A DNA stretch of 64,000 nucleotides from Podarcis filfolensis (taxonomy: Eukaryota), in assembly GCA_964270895.1 (NCBI GenBank), contig OZ185437.1; one strand, given 5' to 3'. The translations under genes were made by a program, and so were the position numbers. How positions within the stretch are numbered: the stretch's first letter is position 1; the number at the start of each line of letters is the position of its first letter. Below are positions 38,401 through 48,200 of this stretch, piece by piece. The notes under the pieces were generated by a model, which saw only the letters and a program-made list of their open reading frames with translations, ran no database searches and was not told the DNA's origin.

Positions 38401-41400
38401 AGCTTGCTGCATCTCCAGCCTAGGCAAATGACGATATACCTTCCAGAAGTGCGGAAGATTTCCATGGACTATATAAACCTTCCTGTCTTCAACCCCAATG
38501 TTTTTAGTGAAGATGAAGATGATTTGCCAGGTGAGATTGAACTGATTGTCTAAAATTTTATGAAACTCTGTAAGAAGATTGACTCTCCTTGTAATTAAAA
38601 GCCCAAGGCACATGAGTCCACATGTTTTGCAAGATATGCTTGTTGTGGTGGAGAGGCCAAATTGGAGCTTGCTCTTTGACTTCCATTTTGGAGTCTGTGG
38701 TGAGGCTGGGAACTGCAAAATAGGGCTTGAAAGACCTGTGTACTTCCGGTGTTGTCATTGGGAGCCTGGTAGAGCCTGGAGGGCTCCCTGTGCCCTTCGC
38801 AGCCTGTGTGGGCATTCCATACCATACTGCCCTTGCCCTGTGTTGTGAACAGTGCATTCAAGATCAGGGGAGCTGGAAGGCCTCAGACACAGGTGTACAT
38901 ACATGGTGCATTTAAAGCCTTAATGGAACCTTCTTCTCTGACTCCTGAAAGGAATGTGAAGTTGAAAAGGGTGATGAGGCAAGCACAGGAACAGTGCAGG
39001 CTGCTGGGGTGGAGGGGTGTTTCTTGGCTCCAACAAGTTTCTGATGACATAGCTGAGAGCTCAAAAGGGCCTATGGACAATTCATAATTAATCTGTAAAT
39101 GGCAGCAGCAGCAACCACCACCATTAGTTTAGATGTCCGGTGGATGTCCTTTTAATTAATCCATTTTAAATGGGTCAGTTATGAATTTGATCCAGAGAGA
39201 GTCCATTAATCCCCTGAGAAGAAGCATCTGTTAAACTGGGAATTAAATTATGAGGCTTCAGTATTAACCACATTTTAGAAATCTGCAAGGGGATTGACAC
39301 AAGCAGACAATCAAAAGACCTGGAGTGATATAGAGGCACTCATAATTGAAAAGGTTCAATCTCCAATGGTGACTTAACTGCACAACCTTAGAGTGGCAGG
39401 AATCCATCATGGTGCCTGGGAATTGAGGCTCCAGTGGTAGCCAGAAGCATTCACAAATGTCAACAGGTGAACAGGTTGTATTCTCTCCTCAGATTCACAT
39501 TTGGTTACTGTCATTCATGCCTTCATAACTGCTTGCTTTTCATGACATGGACTATAGCTTATTATACATTCCACCCACTTGCATCAGAGTCTGGTTTAAC
39601 AGAGTGGCAGAATACTAGATTGTTCCTGTTCCTTCTGAGATAAAGGTCTGATGCAGATACAGTGCTGGCTTCCTGCTAACTGTGGTCAACAAATTGGAAG
39701 CCAAACCCTTTCTGGGGCAAATTCCCACTCCTTTGCTATGACGAAGCAGTTTGTTGGCTCCAATGCTTACCGCTATTAAGTCTAGCCAGGATTTCCCTTA
39801 AACCAGGTTATTGAACTGAGGACCATGGAGAAAGAGAGACTTACCCCAAGGAGGTGAGGGGCTTTGTGGAGGGACTGCATGTTCTCAGATCTGGCTCTTA
39901 ATACCCTTACTGTAGTGAGGTGGGAGATAATATTACTGACCTAATATGACAGCACAAGTACAAAAGTTAAATAATCAGTATTTAACAAATGATTCCAATA
40001 CCTTTAAAACGGAAATTAATGCTCTAGATGGCAGAATTAATTTAGTATACAGTAGTACCTTGGGTTACAGACGCTTCAGGTTACAAACGCTTCAGGTTAC
40101 AGACTCTGCTAACCCAGAAATAGTACCTCGGGTTAAGAACTTTGCTTCAGGATGAGAACAGAAATTGCGGTGCGGTGGCAGCAGGAGGCTCCATTAGCTA
40201 AAGTGGTATCTCAGGTTAAGAACAGTTTCAGGTTAAGAACGGACCTCCAGAATGAATTAAGTTCTTCACCTGAGGTACTGTTATATCTCTTTTTGGATGA
40301 AGGCTGTGATGCTGTATTCTGATACTCATATCTTTTTGTCCCAGTGACTGGAACATCTGGAGTTCCCGAGAACAACCCACCTTGCACCGTAAACATCCCG
40401 ATTGCTCCTATTCACAGCTCAGCACAAGCAATGTCACCAACACAGAGCATAGGGCTGGTTCAGTCTTTGCTGGCCAATCAGAATGTGCAGCTGGACGTCC
40501 TCGCCAATCAGACGACAGCTGTGGCAGCGGCGGACCACGTGACTGACAACGCAGTCCACTACCCAATCCCAAGCAGGTATTCCAACCCAGGCCAAGTGAT
40601 CTTTGGAGGAGTTGAAATGGGGCGCATCATCCAGGCACCCCCTCAGCTCCCCCTGCCACCCCAGGGTGCAATCCAGATGGCAATTGTGGACCACAGAGAT
40701 GGGGACAGAGACCACGAACACCTCCAGAAGGCCAAGATGTTGCGTCCAGTGCCACAGGCAGCTGAAGGAGAAGCATCCGTCTTCACCACTGCCCAGGAAA
40801 TTCAGATGAACAAAATGAATCCTCCCCCTCCGTACCCTGGAACCATACCAGCAGCTCCCACCACAGCTCCTCCTCCTCCTCCTCCGGTACCTCCCCAACC
40901 TCCCATAGATCTCTGCTTGAAAAAGGGAGATTTCCCCCTTTATTCCACAGGGCATTATCAAACCCCTCTCGGCTATGAAAGAATCACTACCTTCGACAGC
41001 AGCGGGAATGTGGAGGAAGTTTGCCGGCCTCGAACGCGGATGCTGTGCGCCCAGAACACTTACACTCTGCCAGGGCCTGGCAGCTCCGCCACTTTAAGGA
41101 TCACTTCCTCAGAGAAGAAGATTCAGCAGCCCTGTACCAGCGCCACCCTAAACAGGCTCACGGTGCCGCGTTACTCCATTCCAACCGGGGATCCGCCACC
41201 TTACCCGGAGATCGCAGCCCAGCTGTCTCAAGGTCGCGGCATGGCCCAGAGATTGGACAACAGCATAATTCATGCCACTCTGCGGCGGAACAGCAGAGAG
41301 GCAGCGCTGAAAATGGCCCAGCTGGTCGACAGCCAGAGAGCCACTCTGCAGCTGCCCCCGAAACTGAAGAGCAACGTTGTGGCAGCCCAGTACCAGCAGA

Positions 41401-44400
41401 GGGTGCCAACGGCACTCTACACCTGCAGCCAGTGCAGCAGCGGCAGTGGCAACAACGGTGGTGGCGGCGGTGGCAGCGGCAACTCTAATAGCGGAAGTGG
41501 GAATATGAGTGGCATCAGTGGTAACAGCAGCACGTCCGGCATGAACAGCATGAGACCGGACATGACGACCGGGAGCAGCTCTCAGCACAGCTCGGTCATC
41601 GCACACTCCGTCAGTACTTCGCCCCTGGCCTCCCAGTCCTCTTACAATTTGCTTAGCCCACTGGACAGCTCTCGTGAACGGACAGATTATGTGAACTCTG
41701 CCTTCATGGAGGATGAAGCTCTTTCTCAGCACTGCCCCATGGAGAAACCGGTGCGCCACATGCCTGTGGCCATGGCCGAGCCAGGCATTGGTGTCAAAAG
41801 ACCACCCCCCTATCAGTGGGAACCAATGGTGGGTGAGGAGATATGGGTCCCTCAAGAAAGGACAGCTCCGAGTACTTTGCCTCACCCTGCCAAACCTGCC
41901 CCCCTAGTCATTGGCCAAACTCAGCACCTTGATATATCCCGAGCACCGTTTGTTTCCCCCAAATCTCCAACCAGTCCCACTGCCACTTTCCAGATGAGCT
42001 ACGGGGTTGGAGCCCCATACTTGGGGAACTACGGTGTTCCTCCCCCTCCTCCCCCTCCTCTTCTTCAGGGAATGCAGGTCCCCTGTTCTCCCAAAGAAGC
42101 TTTGGCCCCACCCCAGATTGCACAACAGGAGCCAACGGTTGTGCTTCAGCCAGGTTACCCCTCCAACCTTGCTTACTGCCCTTTGCCCCCCCTGTACCCT
42201 GGAAATAGCACTTGCTCGAGTTTACAGCTGCCACCAATGGCCTTGCACCCGTGGAATTCCTACAGCACATGCCCACCTGCTGCGCAGAGCACCCAAGGCA
42301 CTCTGCCCCCCAAGGCGCTGCTGGTGGTGGAGAAGCCTGTCATGTCTCCTCCTCCACCACCACCACCACCAGTGGAGCCTCAAGGCCACGCGGGCACGGA
42401 TGCAATGGCAGAGACAGCAGACAACTTCCAAGAAGTTCTGTCCTTGACCGAGAGCCCCGTGCCTCAGCGGACAGACAAGTTTGGGAAGAAGAATCGGAAG
42501 CGCCTGGATAGCCGAGCGGATGAAGGGAATATGCAGGCTATTACGGAGGGAAAGGTCAAGAAGGAGGCAAGGACGACTCTGACCGACTTCAACTCGCTGA
42601 TATCCAGCCCTAGGCTGGGCAGGGAGAAGAAGAAGGTCAAAAGTCAAAAGGACCAGTTGAAGTCCAAAAAACTGAACAAGATGAACGAATTTCAGGACAG
42701 CTCAGAAAGTGAGCCTGAACTGTTTATTAGCGGGGATGAGCTAATGAACCAGAGCCAGGGCAGTAAAAAGGGATGGAAAACAAAAAGGAACTTGAGAACA
42801 GCCAGTGAACTGGATGAGTTTAAGTGCCGGAAAGCCAACGAAAAGGAGGATGGGCGACTAGGAAGCCAGGGCTTTGTGTACGTGATGGCTAACAAGCAGC
42901 CCTTGTGGAATGAGGCAACACAAGTCTATCAGCTGGACTTTGGAGGAAGAGTGACCCAAGAATCTGCAAAAAACTTCCAGATTGAGCTGGAAGGGAGACA
43001 GGTAAGATAATGAGTCGGAAATTCCAGGCTGCTTCTTGTGTTAGGCCTTGACATGTGTGCCAGAGGAACAGGGCTGGCCCAAGACTTTGTGCCTCTGAAG
43101 CGAGTGCTGCCACTGCCAACTCCTCCCCGCCCCTTCCAGCTTTGTAAGTTTTGCTGCTGCTAACATGGTGGCAGAACTCCCCATCTCCTCCCACCCCTAT
43201 CTTCTGCCTTGCTCTGGGGAAAGGGGTCCTTCCTTAGAGTTAGGCATTCTGGGCGAGGTGGCCTTGGAAAGTGCCTGCACCACTACCACTTTGTCTCGGT
43301 GGCTAGTTAAAGGTTTCAAATCACTAGTAACTTCTAACTATTTTTTAAAGTCCAGCTGTTGTGGCAAAGCAGTGTTGGGGCAGGCACTCTTCCAGTTCAC
43401 CTCACTCAGAATACTTTGCTCTACGGATGGACCCCCTTCAGTGTAAGGCATGAGGATGAGGCAAGTGTCTGGAAAGCTCAAAGCAACTGGGTGGTTGGGT
43501 AGTGGTGACAGCTGGGTGGATGGACTGGTGAAACAAGCGAGTGAGGACCTGGGGGCAGTAATCTGCCACCTCCTACTGCCACCACCAGAAACAGTTGCCT
43601 CAGTTTGCTTTCTACAGGAATGCTGGCCCTGCAAATGCAGTATGATGTGACTTCTTTCAAATAGACACACCTTCTTGCAGATTAATTTGCCCGAAATAGT
43701 GGCATGTGAAAGGCCTGGTGCAAACAGGATCCTGATGCCTTATCCCTTGGGTGGCCAATATCTGCCCAAGGCATTGGACATACGTTTGTGTAACATCTGT
43801 AGACCATTTGTCTCTGTCACAATTTCACAAATATTGAATACAGTCCATACCGAGGTTGCCTTTGAGGTACAGGCAACTTCTCTGCAGCATAAAAATCTTG
43901 ACTGTATAAACCCAAAGCTATTCTATTCCACCAAGAAGAAATTTGATGGTAGCTGCTTATAATTGTGGCTTCTGTGCCTCAGAGCAGCTATAACAGATTA
44001 TGGGATATTTTAAATGTCACAGTGAATAGAAACATATGAACCCATGCAACTATAAGGAACATAGAAATATGATGTCATCTTCAGCTGATGTCATACCACA
44101 GATGCACATTTCACATGAAAATAATACAATGTGAGAACAGCCTTTTGACACTCTATCATGATTACAGGACTAATACAACAACCAACCAACCAACCCAGTG
44201 TCAAAGGTCATGAGAGTCTGAAAAACAGGCAACAGTAATGTATGTGTAAGGTGAAAGTGATGGGGGAATATATGAACTTTAAACCCTGGCCATTATTTTC
44301 AGTCTCTTAGAGCAGGTATAGTGAATTTGTGGCCTTCCAAATGTTGTTGGACTACTACTCTCCTTGTCCCTGACCATTCACAATGCTGACTGGGGCTCAT

Positions 44401-45259
44401 GGGAATTGGAGTCCAAGAACGTTCAAGAATCATCAGTTCCCCAGCCCTGCTGCTGTTGCAGTGTAGAAAAACTGGTGCATTCTACAGCAAAGATGTATGA
44501 AAGGAGGTGCAAAACATTGTACAAACCTTAGGCAGCTTTTATTTTCTGGGATCCAAGATTGGAATGGCACTTTAGCTAGCTCTGCTTCATTGTGTAATTT
44601 TGCAGTCTCCCTGATCCACCAGGAGGCTGAGCAGACAAGTCACTGTAGATTCGATTGTGATATCTATAGGTTATTTTGGGATTGCAGTCGTGTTGCATCG
44701 ACGTTGTCCAAGAACAACCAAGATCCACCAGAACATAACGGCTTCAGTCTGATGAAAATCATGGGAAATTCCTGCTGTGCTGATATGATCTCCTCAGAAT
44801 ATTCAACCTCATTAATCATTGTGGGCTCTGAACTTCCCCTGTGAAAATAGGCGAAGCCAGTGCTATATTTCTAGAAAAGAGGCGCCAGAACTCACCATGA
44901 GCACTTCCCTCATTCTCTTAGAATGGCAATGGCGCCCACCTGAGAGGTGCCAGAACTGAGTTCCTCTGGGCAGAGCCACTTGCCAATTGAAATGCAGCTC
45001 TCATATGAGGCAAGAAGTTGTGAAATTACCCCCTCCTTGCTTTAATGGGCCAATTTTCATATTTAACTGCTGCTCAATTTCTTGTTTATCTTTACCAACT
45101 TTTCCTCTTCTTTATTTCTTTCCCCACCACTTTCTCCTCCAGGTCATGCAGTTTGGGAGGATCGATGGCAATGCTTACATTTTGGACTTTCAATATCCAT
45201 TTTCAGCGGTGCAGGCCTTTGCAGTGGCTCTGGCTAATGTGACTCAGCGCCTCAAATGA
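20618..45259 (+). CDS. TULP4: Tubby-related protein 4, spliced CDS span of exons 2-14 (exon 1 outside the window)
   Basis: 13 GT-AG exons of 129, 162, 181, 135, 167, 225, 235, 145, 145, 94, 144, 2657 and 117 nt sum to 4536 nt with compatible phases and end in TGA. Translation matches the TULP4 sequence and exon structure as I recall them (WD40, SOCS box, tubby-like C-terminus). Confidence 0.97.
21369..21530 (+). CDS. TULP4: TULP4 exon 3 (WD40 region)
   Basis: ttttaag|GTG...CAG|gtaaga; VSDFTWSHDGTQALISYRDGFVLVGSVSGQRHWSSEINLESQITCGIWTPDDLQ; phase 0-0. Confidence 0.96.
27418..27598 (+). CDS. TULP4: TULP4 exon 4
   Basis: ttgccag|GTC...CAAG|gtcatt; VLFGTADGQVIVMDCHGRMLAHVLLHESDGILSMSWNYPSFLVEDSSESDTDSDDYSPPQ; phase 0-1. 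Confidence 0.95.
28730..28892. repeat. Irregular patchwork tandem repeat
   Basis: Five rearranged modules built from gaaaacttcc(ttc), aatttttttg, aggaaggttaacaac and aaaagaa. Confidence 0.85.
30939..31073 (+). CDS. TULP4: TULP4 exon 5
   Basis: cctgcag|ATGG...AAAG|gtacgc; (D)GPAAYPVLVQNTKPLLTVSFTSGDISLMNNYDDLSPTIIRSGLK; phase 1-1. Confidence 0.95.
31877..32043 (+). CDS. TULP4: TULP4 exon 6
   Basis: atttcag|ATG...CAG|gtaaag; (D)VVAQWCTQGDLLAVAGMEKLSQLAELSGASFLKSALVKFYNVHGEHIYTLETPVQ; phase 1-0. Confidence 0.95.
32481..32705 (+). CDS. TULP4: TULP4 exon 7 (SOCS box)
   Basis: catgcag|CGT...AAG|gtaaac; RPIISICWGHRDSRLLMASGPALYVVRVEHRVSSLQLLCQQTIASSLRDDKDISKLTLPPRLCSYLTTAFTPTIK; BC-box-like SLQLLC and cullin-box-like LPPRL; phase 0-0. 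Confidence 0.96.
33461..33683. mobile_element. Tigger/pogo-like MITE family B
   Basis: TA-CAGTCATACCTC...GAGGTACCACTG-TA; CpG-rich core. Confidence 0.8.
33837..33874. repeat. (TAA)n microsatellite
   Basis: Read directly. Confidence 0.92.
33944..34178 (+). CDS. TULP4: TULP4 exon 8
   Basis: tactcag|CCT...GCAG|gtacaa; PPIPDPNNMRDFVSYPTSGNERLHCTMKRTEDDPEVGGPCYTLYLEYLGGLVPILKGRRISKLRPEFVIMDPKTDGKA; phase 0-1. Confidence 0.96.
34852..34996 (+). CDS. TULP4: TULP4 exon 9
   Basis: ttgacag|ATG...CCAG|gtaatc; (D)EIYGNSLISTVIDSCNCSDSSDIELSDDWAAKKSPKITRASKSPKLP(R); phase 1-2. Confidence 0.95.
35355..35420. repeat. Compound (TG)n(AG)n microsatellite
   Basis: Read directly. Confidence 0.95.
35935..36070 (-). 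mobile_element. LINE 3' tail fragment ending in a (CAA/TAA)n microsatellite
   Basis: acccctcccatctagctgggtttccccagccactctgggcagctcccaac, a lacertid high-copy tail as I recall it; family unassigned. Confidence 0.55.
36974..37118 (+). CDS. TULP4: TULP4 exon 10
   Basis: tatgcag|AAT...CAG|gtactg; INIEARKSPKLSRAAQEISRSPRLPIRKPSIGSPSLTRREFPLDDITQ; phase 2-0. Confidence 0.95.
37153..37325 (+). mobile_element. LINE (L2/CR1-group) 3' end fragment
   Basis: ...ggactaaatgggcctatggcctgatccagcatgcccttcttatgtcctt tail typical of squamate LINE ends (recalled, not searched). Confidence 0.55.
37355..37448 (+). mobile_element. MIR-like SINE 3' fragment
   Basis: tgtgaagatagaaataatc...cctaacaggactattgtaaggataac...tataaatgct. 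Confidence 0.4.
37480..37573 (+). CDS. TULP4: TULP4 exon 11
   Basis: attgcag|CAC...GCAG|gtaaat; HNYLAQVTSNIWGTKFKIVGLAAFLPTNLGA; phase 0-1. Confidence 0.95.
38387..38530 (+). CDS. TULP4: TULP4 exon 12
   Basis: tttgtag|TTA...CCAG|gtgaga; (V)IYKTSLLHLQPRQMTIYLPEVRKISMDYINLPVFNPNVFSEDEDDLP; phase 1-1. Confidence 0.95.
40050..40280. mobile_element. Tigger/pogo-like MITE family A, copy 3
   Basis: TA-CAGTAGTACCTTGGG...CCTGAGGTACTG; right TIR slightly eroded. Confidence 0.85.
40345..43001 (+). CDS. TULP4: TULP4 exon 13 (2657 nt; Pro/Ser-rich low-complexity region, basic clusters, start of tubby-like domain)
   Basis: gtcccag|TGA...CAG|gtaaga; equals the 888-aa ORF 40344..43010; ends FVYVMANKQPLWNEATQVYQLDFGGRVTQESAKNFQIELEGRQ; phase 1-0. 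Confidence 0.96.
44313..44449. mobile_element. Older copy of the palindromic hAT-MITE group
   Basis: ggactactactctcc...gggaattggagtcc inner arms; ends ...ccccagccctg; similar to 58086 and 62309. Confidence 0.65.
44858..44970. mobile_element. Short DNA-transposon-like repeat fragment
   Basis: Internal direct repeat agaggcgccagaact / agaggtgccagaact; resembles a squamate repeat I recall, family unassigned. Confidence 0.4.
45143..45259 (+). CDS. TULP4: TULP4 exon 14, coding part (end of tubby-like domain, stop)
   Basis: cctccag|GTC; VMQFGRIDGNAYILDFQYPFSAVQAFAVALANVTQRLK then TGA 45257-45259. Confidence 0.96.
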   Translation, partial: VMQFGRIDGNAYILDFQYPFSAVQAFAVALANVTQRLK

Positions 45260-48200
45260 AAAAGAGAAAAAGACCAGAGAGGGGGAGGTAGAGAAACCCT
45301 GATAAATCTTTCTCATAAGGGCCAACCCATGAAGGCCTGGCAGAGACGTGCAAAGGATTCTGCAAGTAAAGAAGAAAGTACAACTGGAAGAAAAGAGCGA
45401 GTGCCCAAAGGAGGGCATCAACTTTAAACATTATCGGGGATGGGGTGGGGACTCTGTGGTTTGGGATTTATTTTATTTGAATCAACATATGTGCTGGTTT
45501 CTTCAGGGCAAGCCAAGGAGGAGAGTTATTCAGTGTTATGTTGGGAAATGTGGCTTTTGGCTTGTTGTGGCGGTTCTTCTGTGTTTGCTGCAAAAAAAAA
45601 AAAAAGCTGATGTAAGCTGATAGAAGGATTTTAAAAGACTGCCCTTCGTTTTCTTTCATTCTTTTATAGACTGCCTTATACCATGCTGTTCTTTTTAACG
45701 CAGGGAATGCAACTTTCTTCCCCCCTGGACCACTTTGTACTATTTTCATCAATAGTTACAGCAAAAAAGAAAAAAAAGAACAACAAAAATGCTACAATAT
45801 ACTTGAAGACACATGTTTCTTCTCTGATAACTGAGCACTGTAGGCACCATGGAGGTTTTTCAGAAACCTTACCTAGTTTCCAAAATGTTATTCAAAAGAA
45901 AAACAGAGCTGTTACCTGTTGGATTGCTTGCAAAAGATGGCCTGATCAGCACATAATGCTAAGACAGATGATGACATAGCTTGGATGAGCAAGTGTGCAG
46001 CTACAGAGAGCAAAAGTTGTGGCCACTTCACTCCTCCCCTGTTCCTGCTGCTCCTGTGATACCCCGAGCAAAGCCATGGTTTGGCTTAATATTGCATGTG
46101 AACCTGGGCTTGTGGTTTGTCCTAACTCCAAACAAGCCATGAGCTGTAAGCAAGGTTTTTTTCTTGGTAAATCATTAGTTTGGATTGATATCAATGCTAT
46201 CACTCAGCAAGGCCTAAAGTGGGAAACATTATGACAAATCCCCTGGGTTCACACAGAACGAAAGAAAGAGGAAGGAAGGAAGATGAAAAAGTGACAAACC
46301 CCAATACGGTCCCAGAATATATGAGGAATCTTTAATAAAACTGTCAGTTGCCTGATGCATTTCAGTAGAAACATTCCTTGGGGTCACGAGAATATTATTT
46401 TGTTGGAATAACCTAGCAGGAAGACGTGTTTCCCTGCTGGAGAATTTTAACAAAATAAAATTCTGTGTCAGGGACTCTGCGTCCCAGAGGTAGCTTTCTG
46501 CATAAATGCATTGGGCAAGTGACATGTTTATGTCAGTTCCCTCATCTATCTTGGCACCTTTAATCTTTTTTTTTTGCTGCACTTCTTGACCATGACACCT
46601 TCCCCATGGAAACTAGCAGCCTAAGTCATTCAGCGTTGGAATTTTTGATTGCAACCTTAGAAAAATATCCACCCTTCCTTTGCTCACAGGCTTATTTGAC
46701 TTTAATTCTCCACACCCATAATGATACAGAGCATGGTTTCTCAAAGGTGGCCACCAAGATCTTTTGTGTGCATTTGCTCGATTGATTCCATTGATTCTTC
46801 TGTATGAAACAGGCTGCAATCAAGAAAAAACTGAGAGGAAAATGTGCATACACACACAATCGGTGGAGTGCATTCTCTTATTTCACTTGCACGGGATAAC
46901 AAGAGGTAATAAAACACTTGGATGGAATCGGCAACCCCTTCTGGCACAGAGCCTATAGACAAATGAATGGCCAAGTGCCCCCTCCATTGCTTCCTAATCA
47001 ATAGCATGCAGTAGGTTAACCCTTAATGCAGTCTTCCCAGTACGTTGATATTTTCTTTGACATTTTCTTTGGCTACACTTGCCGTCCAGTAGCGGCTGTT
47101 CAGGTGGGATAGAGCTGTGGAGCTGCCCTCCTGTTGCTGACATTGCTGCAGCTTACCTGGACTGCGGGGTAAGGGCTGTGTGGATGTTCCTGTGAGAATG
47201 ACCATTTGGCTCTACAGGTTTGTCTACAAAGCCCTAACCTCACTGCTGGCTGCCTCCAGTCACATCCAGGTAAGTTACAGTGATGCCAGTGTTCAGAGGG
47301 CTGCTCCACTCCACAACTCAGCCACTACTACTGCAGTCACAGCTAAAGACTAGCTTGAGAGTCACCAGGATAGTGGAAAGGCTAATTAGGAATATGTAAC
47401 TCTTCAGAGAATTCTGGTCAGCATTATTCCATAAGTGGGAGAAATGTCTCTTGATTTAGAATGTGAAATGGAGCTTTTAAGTTCAGGTCTATATAAAAAG
47501 TGATACGGCATTTAGGAGAACGGCATTCAGCAGTGCTACATATCCTAGAAACACACTTAGAACATTTCATCTAAAACATTTCAAAATAAAACCAGGAGAG
47601 AAAAATCAACATGTTTGCAGCTGGCATCAGCACCTGACATCCTTACACAGCTGCCATGGCACCTGTGTGCTGACATGACACACTGATGATACTTGCTCCG
47701 GGCTTTTCTTTAAAAGAAATTCTGGTCTGATTCTCTGAGCACTGCCAGGCACCTGGATTTAGCCACCCTTCTCATTTCCCACAATGCCCCCCAACCTAAT
47801 TGTTCTTGAGCATTGTGGGAAATTAAAAGGTAGCTAGATCTAAGTGACCAAAGCACTGCTACCACTGTCAGGCAAGTCCACTAGGACCTACTGATAGCAG
47901 ACTGGTGCCACTAGAGGACGCTGCCCAGTGCCTTTTCAAATTTGGAGTTGGCCCTAAACATGTTAATTGTGTCAATGTAATATCTGGAACCCTATAGAGA
48001 AAATAAAGCAAATATAAAGAGAAGCAAATATAGAAGCATTAAAGCCTTAGGGTTGATTGTATTTTAACAAAAGTATCCTTGCAAAGTGGAGTACAAACAA
48101 AGATAATTAAGATTAGATCCCAGCTGTGTAAGATCAATTTGAATCAGTAGGAAGGTTTACACAGGTCACTGTGTGGTGAAATGTCTCCAGACTGTTACTG

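Noticed and set aside
41148-41885. 245-aa antisense ORF and other long ORFs overlapping exon 13 (40434..40961, 41021..41488, 42007..42447, 42222..42647)
   Set aside because: Shadows of a GC-rich coding exon, where alternative frames have few stops; no independent splice or promoter evidence.
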